Positions 45,082 to 54,439 of a stretch of 64,000 nt of DNA are shown here, in pieces. The notes under the pieces are model-generated. The model worked only from the letters and a program-made list of their open reading frames with translations, searched no databases and had not been told where the DNA came from. Within the stretch, counting starts at the first letter, position 1. The number at the start of each line of letters is the position of its first letter. The stretch spans positions 61,408-125,407 of the forward strand of contig BTWA01000015.1 of assembly GCA_045863295.1 (NCBI GenBank), read 5' to 3'. Source of the stretch: Candidatus Hydrogenedentota bacterium (GTDB taxonomy: Bacteria; Hydrogenedentota; Hydrogenedentia; Hydrogenedentales; SLHB01). The translations under genes were made by a program, and so were the position numbers.

Positions 45082-45840
45082 TTACGCGGCAAACTCCACG
45101 TACAGAATGTAGATGGCGCCTCGAAACTCGGCCCAGTCGTTCGACCCTGCGGTATAAACGACGCTCTTCGCCGTGCCATTGAGGATGTGCGGACGAGGCA
45201 CAAGCACACCATCGCCTCCGGCTGCCGTGTCTTCACCAGCAATCAGGAGGCCTGTGAGTAATGCTCCAATGGTATGAGTGGATGCAGCCCCGAGATACGT
45301 GTTGTTCGATCCCGTGGTCGCAACAGCATTGCCTTTCCTGACCCCGGCTGTGGTGGCTACGGATATGCCGTCCAGAAAACCGTCTGCATCGCCCCCGGCC
45401 TCGCCAGCGAGCAATCCCACGTCCAAGGTTTTCGTACCACCCGTGGCCTCGACGGTCGTGACGTCCACCCAAACGTCAAGGACAACCCCTTTCGTCGGAA
45501 GATCCCAACCAGTATCCTGCGCGGATCCTGTGGGCGTCGTGGAAATGGCGATTCGCTTCAGCTTGGTTTGAGCACCTACAACAGATAGGTCTAACTCATT
45601 CAGTTCGGCAGTGGTAATTGTGGCCCCGTCGAGGATGTTTAGCTCGGCGGGCGTGGCTGTTAAGGCGGTTCCTGCCGTGCCCGTGGCCGGATTCCCGCCC
45701 AGGGTAAGCGACGGAATCCACGCGGTTCGTTCCACAGTCAAATCGCCAATGGATAGCTGTTGGAACGCGACCCCCATGAACAGAGCTGCAACGCACAAAC
45801 AAGCGGCAATGCCGCCAAACCCCTTCAAGAACCGTTTCAT
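45082..45840 (-). CDS. Decoration-like protein with a signal-peptide-like N-terminus
   Basis: MKRFLKGFGGIAACLCVAALFMG; TATPAELNILDGATITTAELNELD; DADGFLDGIS shared with 42067..42582. Confidence 0.6.
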   Translation of the reverse strand: MKRFLKGFGGIAACLCVAALFMGVAFQQLSIGDLTVERTAWIPSLTLGGNPATGTAGTALTATPAELNILDGATITTAELNELDLSVVGAQTKLKRIAISTTPTGSAQDTGWDLPTKGVVLDVWVDVTTVEATGGTKTLDVGLLAGEAGGDADGFLDGISVATTAGVRKGNAVATTGSNNTYLGAASTHTIGALLTGLLIAGEDTAAGGDGVLVPRPHILNGTAKSVVYTAGSNDWAEFRGAIYILYVEFAA

Positions 45841-46055
45841 GACGAACTCTCCTTACGCTTTATCGCGTTTCTGATGCTGGTAAGTAACTCATCGAGCATT
45901 TGGCACTTTCCGCCTATAGCGGCGTCGCTGGACTGCCAATGAGCCCTTGTGAGTGATTCCAAGTTCTTTTCGAGATATGCAACGATGAGCTTGCCGGCCG
46001 GGGACTCGCGCATATCCGCAAATGCGTTCATGGTTTGTTGTTCCATGCGAATCAC
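45837..46055 (-). CDS. Small portal-adjacent protein (Bbp19-like)
   Basis: 72 aa, F...SPAGK...YL and G....L..L pattern, coupled to the portal gene. Confidence 0.55.
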   Translation of the reverse strand: MIRMEQQTMNAFADMRESPAGKLIVAYLEKNLESLTRAHWQSSDAAIGGKCQMLDELLTSIRNAIKRKESSS

Positions 46056-48037
46056 GCGGCCATCTCCAACTCGCGTTGAGCGCCCATGAGCCAGGCACGT
46101 TGTTCGGCCCTCTCACGGATAACCTCGTTGCTCGGCACGATTTCGTCCGCAGGCAGATCCATACCTTCCGCAACCAGCCGAAGCACCACTGCCCGGCCTT
46201 CCTCGCCCATGATCGCCCGGTCGTAATCGTTGTTCGTGTCACGCAAAAACTCCTGCCGGCGAATCTGCATTTGGTCGCGGGCAATCTTCGCCAGGACGCC
46301 CGTCGGCGCGATGTACGCATCGCCTTTCAGGGATAGGTCATCGCCAAAAATCATTTCCCAGACCCACAACCGGTAAATGACTTCCCGAACCGCGTACTGG
46401 TCGATATAGGAAATGACGCGCCGGATCCCTTTTGCGGCCGCGCCCATCAACATCGACATGCCCGAGGCGGTTTCTCCAGCTCCCTTCACTTCGGCATTGC
46501 CGTGGATATAGCGTGGAATGAGCGTGCGATCGTCCGCCATCCCGCTGAAGTGCTCCGACACCGACATCAGCACGTCGGCATTGGCGCTGACCTGGAAGAA
46601 CTCAACCGGCTTGGTGGACGAGGGCATCCCCTGAAGTTTGGTGCCGTTTACTTGGAAGAGCTTGAACGGCACGATGTCGGGCGTATCGCCTTCGGCCAAC
46701 GCGTCGACGTTGATATACCCGATAGCCCCGGATGCATACGCCAGGTTATCCAGGAGATTGCGATTGCAGGCGCATGCGGCGTCCTGGCAATCCGCCATGG
46801 ATTCCGGAATCGAGGAATCGCTCCAGACCGAGTCCGGATTCAGTTCATAGGAGACGGCGTAGTACGGCCGGTTACCCAACGGGTCTGGATTCAACTGCGC
46901 GTAACAGACGTGTGGACCAATCAACACGCAACACACGTCCAGGTAGTCGTGGTTGGCGGCATCGGTCTTCATGTTCCACTTCTTGAGCAACTCGGCCTTT
47001 ACTTCGCCCCAGTACTCAATGGCTTTGATGTTCTGCGGTGCAACGCCAGCGTTGACCGTCATATCCCGGCCTTCCATCACGGCCCGTTCGTACTCGCCGG
47101 TGATGAACAGATCCGTGAAACTGTTCTGGGAAGTGGAGTTCTGCGCCAAGACCTTGTCGATTGCATCGGAATCCCAGCCGGGCAACCCGCGCATGGCCAT
47201 CAGGTCAGTCGGTGAATACGTGACAACCTCGCACAATGGACCGTCCTGGATGTTGCGGGCATTCGGCGCGGGGAACATATCCAACGGGTTTGGGGCGTAA
47301 AACCTCTTCGTTGGCCGCGTCTGCGGTGTGGGTTTATCTCCTTCCCATCCTAACCGGCGCACGTTATGAGTGACGGGTCCCTTGAGAAATCCCGTGGGAA
47401 ACTTGGCGACATTCTGGGAACAAACGTCGAGTGCGCGGCGAAAATCGCCTTCTTCGAGATAGTCGGCGAGTTTCCGTTGCATCTTGTCGCAACGTTCCTT
47501 TGCCCGCTCCATGAGCGCCGCCTCGTACTCCTCCAAGACTTCGTCGGTCATTTGTTCGATGAGCGATGGGGTCATCAGCACGTTGGGCGGGTATTCGGTC
47601 TGCACGCGGTACATGACGATGTCCGCGACGGCCTTCTGGTCGGTCGGAGACAACTCGGGGACGGGCGTGGGTTTGACTGAGAATGCCACCTTGTCTTCCG
47701 GCATGAGGGCATCGCCCATCCACGAAACGGCGGAGGTGACCTTGGTCTTGGTGATATTGAAGTACGTATCGTTACCGCCGGCGGCACGAATCTCGGCGAG
47801 TTTGTCAGGCGCATACTCGCCTTTGTACCGCCTCTTGCATTCGAGCAGCCGCGGCGTAATCTCCCGGCTCTTGAACTGTTCGGCGGCACGAAACACGGTG
47901 CGAATGTGCGAAGCGAGCGCATCGATGTCGGGCGGTTTTGGAGCGTTCTTATCCCGCTCACTCGCTTGAAGCGCTTCCAACTGCCCCGCGTTCATGGCCA
48001 TCACTGGCGACGACGGTATACCCAAATGCGTGTCCAT
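46052..48037 (-). CDS. Portal protein
   Basis: 661 aa after TerL; YFNITKTK, PTGFLKGP, EYWG, RPYY, ETASGMSMLM. Confidence 0.85.
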   Translation of the reverse strand: MDTHLGIPSSPVMAMNAGQLEALQASERDKNAPKPPDIDALASHIRTVFRAAEQFKSREITPRLLECKRRYKGEYAPDKLAEIRAAGGNDTYFNITKTKVTSAVSWMGDALMPEDKVAFSVKPTPVPELSPTDQKAVADIVMYRVQTEYPPNVLMTPSLIEQMTDEVLEEYEAALMERAKERCDKMQRKLADYLEEGDFRRALDVCSQNVAKFPTGFLKGPVTHNVRRLGWEGDKPTPQTRPTKRFYAPNPLDMFPAPNARNIQDGPLCEVVTYSPTDLMAMRGLPGWDSDAIDKVLAQNSTSQNSFTDLFITGEYERAVMEGRDMTVNAGVAPQNIKAIEYWGEVKAELLKKWNMKTDAANHDYLDVCCVLIGPHVCYAQLNPDPLGNRPYYAVSYELNPDSVWSDSSIPESMADCQDAACACNRNLLDNLAYASGAIGYINVDALAEGDTPDIVPFKLFQVNGTKLQGMPSSTKPVEFFQVSANADVLMSVSEHFSGMADDRTLIPRYIHGNAEVKGAGETASGMSMLMGAAAKGIRRVISYIDQYAVREVIYRLWVWEMIFGDDLSLKGDAYIAPTGVLAKIARDQMQIRRQEFLRDTNNDYDRAIMGEEGRAVVLRLVAEGMDLPADEIVPSNEVIRERAEQRAWLMGAQRELEMAA

Positions 48038-48045
48038 TGACGCGC

Positions 48046-48084
48046 TGTTTACGACACTTTCTACGATTTGTCAACACCATCGTA
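48046..48084 (-). promoter_or_regulatory. Putative promoter/operator ahead of the portal gene
   Basis: TTGACA (48074-48069)-17 bp-TAAACA, with a TACGAT-N11-ATCGTA dyad straddling the -35. Confidence 0.45.
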
Positions 48085-48126
48085 AAAAATGAGCGTTGTT
48101 ATAGCTTAAACAACATTCAACGAACA

Positions 48127-49584
48127 TTACCGGTAGGCGTTCATGGAATTTCGGCGGGTCTGAATCGCACGTCGTGCAGTCGGATTGCTCTGAACCGGTT
48201 TGCGCGCGCCCAAGATCGCATACTGAAGCGCATCGGAGATGTGCGAATAGTCGTTCTTATCCGGTTCTTCCTTGAACTTTTCATCGCCCGCACCGCCAAT
48301 CACCTGCACGCGTTTGAACGTATACCCGCCGTTCATCGCGTCAATGAGCATCGTACACGACGGATCCACCTGTAACGCGGGTTTACCCCGGTCCATCTTT
48401 TGGAGTTCCGAGATTACCGCGTCTCGGCGAACGTTGAAGTTGTTAGATGGCGCCTTTTGCGTAGTCAATCCAAAACGAGCGAGTTCGGAGAAGCAACTGA
48501 GATCGATATCCCCCTGGGCCTTCTGTTCGCCGGCCGGATCGCCGTAGCTGTGAAAGCGCATGTTGGCGAACTCATTCAGCAGCGCGGGTTTGACGACGTC
48601 ACGCGCGAACTGTTTGGTACCAGACCGCAGGCTCCAATACTCGCGCAAGACATTACACCCGCCCGTGGGCGGGAACTGACAGATTACACAGGCGGGCGTT
48701 AACCCAAAGTCCCAGCCCAGGACAAGCGGTAAGCCGCGATAGACGGGTAACGGCTCTTTCGCTACGTGAACCTCTTCGTTCCAATCATCGGCGTAGACGG
48801 CGACGCCGTCGAACAGGTTGCCATACTGACCCAGGATATGAACGTTGATGAAATCCCGGCTCCTGCCGGAAATCTGTTGGTAGTAGTAGAGATAACCACC
48901 GTCCAAATGGTCTATGTTCTCCGCGAGTGGGTTATCCCGGTACTTTTTGCCGACTCGAATCAGTCCCCCAGGTTGCCGGTACAGCCGAAACCCCTCCGGT
49001 TTCTCGACTTCAAACTTCCTATGCCACCAATGACGCAGATGCGGCGGGTTGGTGTCTAGGATAACGCCGCGCCAATTTGTACCGCCGTCCTCCTTAGACG
49101 GATACCGGCCAACACGGGAGAGTGACTCGACGATAGACCAAGGGATTTCACGGGCTTCATTTACGGCTGCACCACTGAATTCGAATGACAACACTTTACG
49201 CGCGTCGTCCGCGCGTTCCATGGATACAAAGTACAGTTCGAGGTCTAGAATCGTGCCATCGGCCAGTTTCTGGCGCACATGACAGAACTGCGGTGAATCG
49301 CCAGTAACCGGGAATGCGTTCGGATCGACCCAGTCTTTCCAGGTTTTGACCGTCGTGCGCTGGAGTTGGTCGTAGGTGTTGCGGATAAACACCCACCGGG
49401 ACCGGCGCTCGCCGTGAAAAACACGCTGGTGCATGGCTCGCATCATGATTTCCATGCACAAACCCACGGTCTTGCCGGACCCGAACGGTCCCATTATCCC
49501 CTTGTAGAACGAGTGGTTATCGGCGTGAAATCGCGCGATCGTAGGAGATGGAGTGTAGGTCTTGATGCGTTTGCCGAACTTCAT
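48127..49584 (-). CDS. Terminase large subunit
   Basis: GPFGSGKT Walker A, AVNEARE Walker B, DTNPP, GWDFGLTPA, YGDPAG, SHISDALQY. Confidence 0.93.
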   Translation of the reverse strand: MKFGKRIKTYTPSPTIARFHADNHSFYKGIMGPFGSGKTVGLCMEIMMRAMHQRVFHGERRSRWVFIRNTYDQLQRTTVKTWKDWVDPNAFPVTGDSPQFCHVRQKLADGTILDLELYFVSMERADDARKVLSFEFSGAAVNEAREIPWSIVESLSRVGRYPSKEDGGTNWRGVILDTNPPHLRHWWHRKFEVEKPEGFRLYRQPGGLIRVGKKYRDNPLAENIDHLDGGYLYYYQQISGRSRDFINVHILGQYGNLFDGVAVYADDWNEEVHVAKEPLPVYRGLPLVLGWDFGLTPACVICQFPPTGGCNVLREYWSLRSGTKQFARDVVKPALLNEFANMRFHSYGDPAGEQKAQGDIDLSCFSELARFGLTTQKAPSNNFNVRRDAVISELQKMDRGKPALQVDPSCTMLIDAMNGGYTFKRVQVIGGAGDEKFKEEPDKNDYSHISDALQYAILGARKPVQSNPTARRAIQTRRNSMNAYR

Positions 49585-49629
49585 GCAGCGACATATACGC
49601 TACTTCCCGCGAATTGTCAGCACCATCGA

Positions 49630-49902
49630 TCAGGCGGAATCGCCGGGCACCCACAGCTTGGGTTTATCAACGCCCATCCCTTTGCTGAGCATTTCAATAA
49701 ACTCCAGGAGCGCTTCCCGATTCACAATTGCCGCCGACACATGACGGCCGTCCAATGGGTGTTTACCTTCCACGGTACCTTCCACTTGCACGTCGAACAG
49801 CTTGCCTTCACAGAAGATAAACAGACGGGGATCGTTCTCTACTGCGTCAGGAGTCCGTGCCTCGTCCAGGTCCACAACATTGTCTGGTAATTCCTCACTC
49901 AT
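49630..49902 (-). CDS. Hypothetical protein
   Basis: ATGA coupling to the TerS-like gene. Confidence 0.55.
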   Translation of the reverse strand: MSEELPDNVVDLDEARTPDAVENDPRLFIFCEGKLFDVQVEGTVEGKHPLDGRHVSAAIVNREALLEFIEMLSKGMGVDKPKLWVPGDSA

Positions 49903-50426
49903 GCCTGCAGCTCCTTGATTTCATCTTCGGTCATCCGGACCGAATTCAGTTCCAATACCTGTTCCTGGCCGGCCGTAGCCAATACCTCCGGAGGTAAATT
50001 CAGGTTCAGGATGTTCATGTTCTCCACGGCGTATTGATTACTGACCCTTTCCCGGTACTTCTCCGGCTTGCGAGACTTGAGCATAATAACCATCAACGTG
50101 TCCGAGTACTCCTGGATGTGACCCATCAGTTCCCCGCCCTGCCACACCGGCTTCTTCACACCGTACACAGCCCGGCGGTAAGCCTCCTCCTCCAAAAGTT
50201 CCGTGCTAATCGCGTAGGCCTCGTCCCAGGCCTTTGCGAATGCAGGATCGGACTCTCGATGGTTGTATACCGTGCCGCGCGAGATACCCACCTTCAACAC
50301 CGCCTTGTGACACGACCAGCCCGCTGCAATCAGCTTCAGAAACTTGTCTTTCTTCACTGCAGTGAAATGACGAACATCCCGCTTCGCGGGTTTCTTCGCG
50401 CGCGCGCGTTTGGCTGGTTTATCCAT
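49899..50426 (-). CDS. Terminase small subunit-like HTH protein
   Basis: VGISRGTVYNHRESDPAFAKAWDEA, EAYRRAVYG, YSDTLM...KPEKYRE. Confidence 0.8.
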   Translation of the reverse strand: MDKPAKRARAKKPAKRDVRHFTAVKKDKFLKLIAAGWSCHKAVLKVGISRGTVYNHRESDPAFAKAWDEAYAISTELLEEEAYRRAVYGVKKPVWQGGELMGHIQEYSDTLMVIMLKSRKPEKYRERVSNQYAVENMNILNLNLPPEVLATAGQEQVLELNSVRMTEDEIKELQA

Positions 50427-50440
50427 GTGTAAATACTAAC

Positions 50441-50932
50441 TTACATCTTCACGATGCGCCAGACGTATTGCGGATAGAGTTGCTTCATAAACTTCCAGTT
50501 TCTGCGAAATTCCCGCGTAAGCACTCCCTTCACGTCCTCAACCACCATTTTGCCTGTCCTGACTTCGCGGTACCGGAAGTCCGCGCGGTAGCGAATCGGC
50601 AAGTTCCACTGTCCGTCCGCGTCGCGAAATCCTTCTTGGATCAGAAACTCCGGCTGCAACTCCAGGTCTGTGACAAAACCCTCTCGCTCCAGGAGACGTA
50701 GTTGCCAATAGCGCGTGGCCTCGTCGCCACTGTCGAATATGATTCCGTCGAGAAGCGTCTTGCGCGCGTTGTACTTGTTACGGCGCTTGGCTTTAGCCTC
50801 GTCGGCGGCCATTGATCGGTATTCCTCGACCGTGATTTTGCGCGGTGTTTCGCTCGCCGGCGGCAAGCCGACCAGTGTGCGATACTCATCCGGCGTGATT
50901 TTGTTTCCCATACGAGGGTTCTCGACTCCCAT
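50441..50932 (-). CDS. DUF1064 family PD-(D/E)xK nuclease
   Basis: NKYNARKT..DGIIFDS..EA, LELQPEF, YRADFRY, VEDVKG. Confidence 0.88.
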   Translation of the reverse strand: MGVENPRMGNKITPDEYRTLVGLPPASETPRKITVEEYRSMAADEAKAKRRNKYNARKTLLDGIIFDSGDEATRYWQLRLLEREGFVTDLELQPEFLIQEGFRDADGQWNLPIRYRADFRYREVRTGKMVVEDVKGVLTREFRRNWKFMKQLYPQYVWRIVKM

Positions 50933-50947
50933 GTGATTCCGCTCTTA

Positions 50948-51400
50948 TCACACATCCCCCGTATCCACGCCTTGCGTTTCCAGCCACGCCTGGGCCCTAG
51001 TAGCCAAGCAATCCGGATCGTGCCCGTCTGTCTCCCATTTCTCGTGGCAAATCCAGCACTCGTTAATGTCGTCTTCCTCGGCGATGTACTTCGCCATTTC
51101 CAACATAAGCGCACGTTCTCGCCCATCCTCTCTCCGTTCGCGCAACTCGTCCAATAGGGAACCGAGTTCGTCTAGTAACATTTTCACGACCATTTGTGCA
51201 TTGATCGCCTTTTCGCGCTCTTTTATTAGCTCAGCCTCTACCTCAGTAAACCGCGAAAGAGACTCTTCAGCCTTATTAAGAACTTTCAGCATCTCGTCAC
51301 TTTGCTCAACACATTTAGCCCTTTTTTCCTCTGATCGGTAGGTCCTGCGTTCACTTTTCCAACTATACTCAACAAAATACTTAATCTGTTCTAACGTCAT
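50948..51400 (-). CDS. Hypothetical coiled-coil protein with a C-terminal CxxC...H..DC motif
   Basis: Operon position; CWICH...HDPDC. Confidence 0.55.
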   Translation of the reverse strand: MTLEQIKYFVEYSWKSERRTYRSEEKRAKCVEQSDEMLKVLNKAEESLSRFTEVEAELIKEREKAINAQMVVKMLLDELGSLLDELRERREDGRERALMLEMAKYIAEEDDINECWICHEKWETDGHDPDCLATRAQAWLETQGVDTGDV

Positions 51401-51403
51401 TAC

Positions 51404-52438
51404 TCACCCCTCCTTCGGTGTATATGGCACGACGTTGTTCACAATTTCGCTGACAGCAGTGGGTTGCGCTGGATCCCGCTTCGACGCCTCACGCGCCCTG
51501 GCCCGCTGTTCCGCTTCCTCAGCCAACCATCGCGCCGCGGCAATCTTCGCCTGCAGCTTCGAGAGCGGCGGCCGCCCTTTACGGTCATCGATATCACGCT
51601 TGACCCAGTTGAGCAGGAACGCCTTCATGCCCTTCGGTGTCTTACGACGCTGGTCTTTCGCCAACACCCACAGACGCGCCTCCTTGCACGAGTGGAAGAT
51701 GTCAACGTGAGCCCCGTACGTTCGCCAGAGTTCGTCCAGGAAGGATTTCCGCAACTCCCACGTCTTACCGCCGACACACGGGAACGTCATGTACACCTGG
51801 TCCTCGGGTGGGGAAGGTTTGAATTCGGATTCATTCGACGAAAAATCGGTTGGCGGCGGCGTGGAGTCGGGAACCGGCTCCGCGCCTTCTTCCTCCTGTT
51901 CCTGTTCCTGTTCCTGTTCCTGTTCCTGGTTAGGCATACGGTTTGCCATACCGTTACCTGAACCGTTTGGGTAACCGTTTCGAGACGGTTTAGGTAACTG
52001 TTCCCCGGTGAGTGTGGTGAATTCCTTGTAACGGGCTACGTTGATAGACTTTAGCGACTCCGCCACTGTTTGAATATGCTCGGCGAGCAGGGAGCATTCC
52101 GGTAGTGTTTTGATTGTTGCCGCCATACTTTTGACGACGTTCGTGTTGTCTGGCGGATTGTGCTTTACAAACCGTGGAAGGGTGACCAAAAAAGCGGTTT
52201 CGTCAACCCTCGCCATACCGTTTCGAAACAGTTCGGCAAACCGTTCCCTAAACCGTTCCGGAACCCATCCAATCTCGGCCGCAAGGCCAGGTATGGAGTG
52301 ACGCATCGCGCCGACCATCGTCATGTTTGGATGGGTGAGTAGAAATAGGAATACCAGCTTGGCATCATCGGACAGGGAACAGAATCGCCGATCATTCCAA
52401 ACCTGGACAGACACCTTTCTGTATCGCACTTCGCTCAT
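51404..52438 (-). CDS. Phage replication initiator (lambda O-like organisation)
   Basis: YRKVSVQVWND..F..LS..AKLVFLFLLT winged-helix N-terminus, iteron-encoded linker, EQEQEQ tract, RRKT..GM..FL.NW C-terminal domain. Confidence 0.8.
   Translation of the reverse strand: MSEVRYRKVSVQVWNDRRFCSLSDDAKLVFLFLLTHPNMTMVGAMRHSIPGLAAEIGWVPERFRERFAELFRNGMARVDETAFLVTLPRFVKHNPPDNTNVVKSMAATIKTLPECSLLAEHIQTVAESLKSINVARYKEFTTLTGEQLPKPSRNGYPNGSGNGMANRMPNQEQEQEQEQEQEEEGAEPVPDSTPPPTDFSSNESEFKPSPPEDQVYMTFPCVGGKTWELRKSFLDELWRTYGAHVDIFHSCKEARLWVLAKDQRRKTPKGMKAFLLNWVKRDIDDRKGRPPLSKLQAKIAAARWLAEEAEQRARAREASKRDPAQPTAVSEIVNNVVPYTPKEG
51894..51928. repeat. (TCCTGT)n microsatellite encoding QEQEQE
   Basis: Five perfect 6-bp units plus one near-perfect unit. 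Confidence 0.9.
51938..52268. repeat. Putative origin iterons, two clusters with about 12-bp period
   Basis: ACCGTT-like cores at 51938, 51950, 51962, 51974, 51985, 51997 and 52217, 52228, 52240, 52252. Confidence 0.65.
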
Positions 52439-52451
52439 AGCTTCCCCGTCC

Positions 52452-52916
52452 TTAGTAAAGACCCAACTGTAACGGCGGTTCACCGTTACTCTCGTATGAT
52501 TGCTTTATGGCAGGCAGGGCCATTTCCGCGACCGTCTGGCCGTTGGGCATCATGATGTGCGGCATGAACGCCTGTTCGAACGTCTCCACGCGTGAATCAA
52601 TCGCATGAATCTTCGCCTTAATACAGAGAAAGAGGCAGCGCCACCGCTCCCTGCACCCCTGTTCCCACTCTTTGTACGCGGCTTCATTCGAGCGCCGCCT
52701 CGCGCCGTTGTGTGAGTGCGTGAACCGTGTGGAGTTTGGGTCCGGCATGGCGATTCGGAAAATGATGTTGTAGCCCTTGAGCCGGAACGCGATACTTGCG
52801 CGGGCTTTCTCCATGCCCGTGTAGATGGATTCCGCGCCATTCTGCATGAGAAGCCGTTCAATCTCGGCCTTACTGCGTTCGATTGGAACATTCGTATCTT
52901 TGGCGTACTGACTCAT
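52452..52916 (-). CDS. Conserved-looking phage hypothetical protein
   Basis: YAKDTNVPIERSKAEIE...RERWR.L...IKAK...FEQAFMPHI. Confidence 0.7.
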   Translation of the reverse strand: MSQYAKDTNVPIERSKAEIERLLMQNGAESIYTGMEKARASIAFRLKGYNIIFRIAMPDPNSTRFTHSHNGARRRSNEAAYKEWEQGCRERWRCLFLCIKAKIHAIDSRVETFEQAFMPHIMMPNGQTVAEMALPAIKQSYESNGEPPLQLGLY

Positions 52917-53119
52917 TTAAACCCCTTTTCGAGTTTCAAGAGAGCGTCGACACCCGAGAATACAGTGCGTAAAATCCCACGCGCATAGGCGTTAAATCCA
53001 CTCTTGAAGTCGAACAACTTAATGGTTGCTTCCGCCTCGCTCAATAGCCGGTTTAGAGCCCGGCGCTGCTCGACCGTAAATCCAGTGAAGTTGACTTTGT
53101 CAGACTTTGCTTCGCTCAT
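52913..53119 (-). CDS. Hypothetical protein
   Basis: ATGA coupling on both sides. Confidence 0.6.
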   Translation of the reverse strand: MSEAKSDKVNFTGFTVEQRRALNRLLSEAEATIKLFDFKSGFNAYARGILRTVFSGVDALLKLEKGFK

Positions 53120-53313
53120 GGCTTCTTCCTGAAATTGTCAGCGTTCGGACACGTGGAAAAGTGGTTACTGCCATCTTCGTTATAGGGCGTAGGCTTACCG
53201 TTCCTGTGCTTCACCCAGGTCACCGGCTGATTACAACCCCGGCAGAAACCGTAGTCACCGATCGCTGACAATATCCCCTTGACGTTCTTACTGAGTTCTT
53301 CGACCGTCTTCAT
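53116..53313 (-). CDS. Small Zn-binding protein
   Basis: CRGC...HFSTC; coupled. Confidence 0.65.
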   Translation of the reverse strand: MKTVEELSKNVKGILSAIGDYGFCRGCNQPVTWVKHRNGKPTPYNEDGSNHFSTCPNADNFRKKP

Positions 53314-53795
53314 GCCGCACCCTCCTCGGTAATGACCCCTGCCCGGGCCTTGACCAGTTTGCTAATCGACCGGCCCTTGTCCTCTTTCTCCACACGGTTC
53401 ACGGTTTTGAGTACCGGCCATTCGCAGTCGATGGCGAAACAAAACTTGATGCCGCAGAACTTGATCTGAAGGTCCCCTTGTTCGCCTGGCTTTCGTTTTC
53501 CGTGATTCAGCGCCAGGCCGGATATGGCGACAAGCCAAGCGTGCAGGCCTTCGTCTTTCAGCCGGGATACTCGGTAGAAGTCGAGTAAGTACATGCTTGC
53601 CCGGTCAATCGCGTGACCACTGATATCCAGGTCCGGCGTGACCGTGCCCCGGCGCTCCAATTCAGTTTGAGCGGCCGCCGCCTCCGTGTGTCGGATGTTG
53701 ACCATCCACTTGAGGTAGTCCACCGGCACGTGCGTGAGCACTTTGCCGGCATGACGGCCGTTCTTTAGCACGTACGTGTGCGGGTCTACCTGCAT
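53310..53795 (-). CDS. Hypothetical protein with a DUF3820-like N-terminal motif
   Basis: GRHAGKVLTHVPVDYLKWM followed by ISGHAIDR; GGAGG RBS. Confidence 0.6.
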   Translation of the reverse strand: MQVDPHTYVLKNGRHAGKVLTHVPVDYLKWMVNIRHTEAAAAQTELERRGTVTPDLDISGHAIDRASMYLLDFYRVSRLKDEGLHAWLVAISGLALNHGKRKPGEQGDLQIKFCGIKFCFAIDCEWPVLKTVNRVEKEDKGRSISKLVKARAGVITEEGAA

Positions 53796-54439
53796 GCCTC
53801 CAGCTCCTCCCGTGTAACGCGTTCGAGAACGATGCCGGTCGGCGACGTCAGGGTAATGCCCTCCGCATCGCCCATATGCGGCAGTATCTTGTCCACGGGA
53901 TACCAACAATCGTCGGCGTCCTTGTACTTGTGATACTCGGCGACCGTGAAACAATAAACGCCGTTCACCATCGTGCCCGGGGTGGGTTTGTTCGATTTGG
54001 CCGGTTCCAGTTCAATGGCCGCCTTGCGTGAACCCGTGTTGGCCTTCCGCTGCTCGTCGCAGGTCCAGCACCATCCGTTACGGGCCATGCGGTCCTTGGC
54101 TACTGCCTCCCCGCAGTTAAGGCATTTCACAACTTCCACGGGCGCACTGGCCAACGCATTTCGTTTGCCACAGTCGTAACACGTGCTGGTCTTCCGTGGA
54201 AACGCCTTGTATCCCTTCCAGGCCCGGCATTTGTCGCATTGCCGGGTACCGCGCCGTGGACTGTCCGTTCGCGCCTTACGCTTGACTACATCAAGTGTGG
54301 GCGTGGATGGAGACGGCGCCGGCAGGAGTGGCGGCGCATGGAAGTAGTCATCGCCACAGTAGTGATGTTCGAGTTGACGCCAGAGGGTCAGTTCTTTCTC
54401 CAAGGCCGCTATCTTGCTTTGGACGAGTTCCAGGCTCAT
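53786..54439 (-). CDS. Multi-CxxC zinc-finger hypothetical protein
   Basis: Four CxxC pairs; GGAGG RBS before ATG 54439. Confidence 0.6.
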   Translation of the reverse strand: MSLELVQSKIAALEKELTLWRQLEHHYCGDDYFHAPPLLPAPSPSTPTLDVVKRKARTDSPRRGTRQCDKCRAWKGYKAFPRKTSTCYDCGKRNALASAPVEVVKCLNCGEAVAKDRMARNGWCWTCDEQRKANTGSRKAAIELEPAKSNKPTPGTMVNGVYCFTVAEYHKYKDADDCWYPVDKILPHMGDAEGITLTSPTGIVLERVTREELEACR

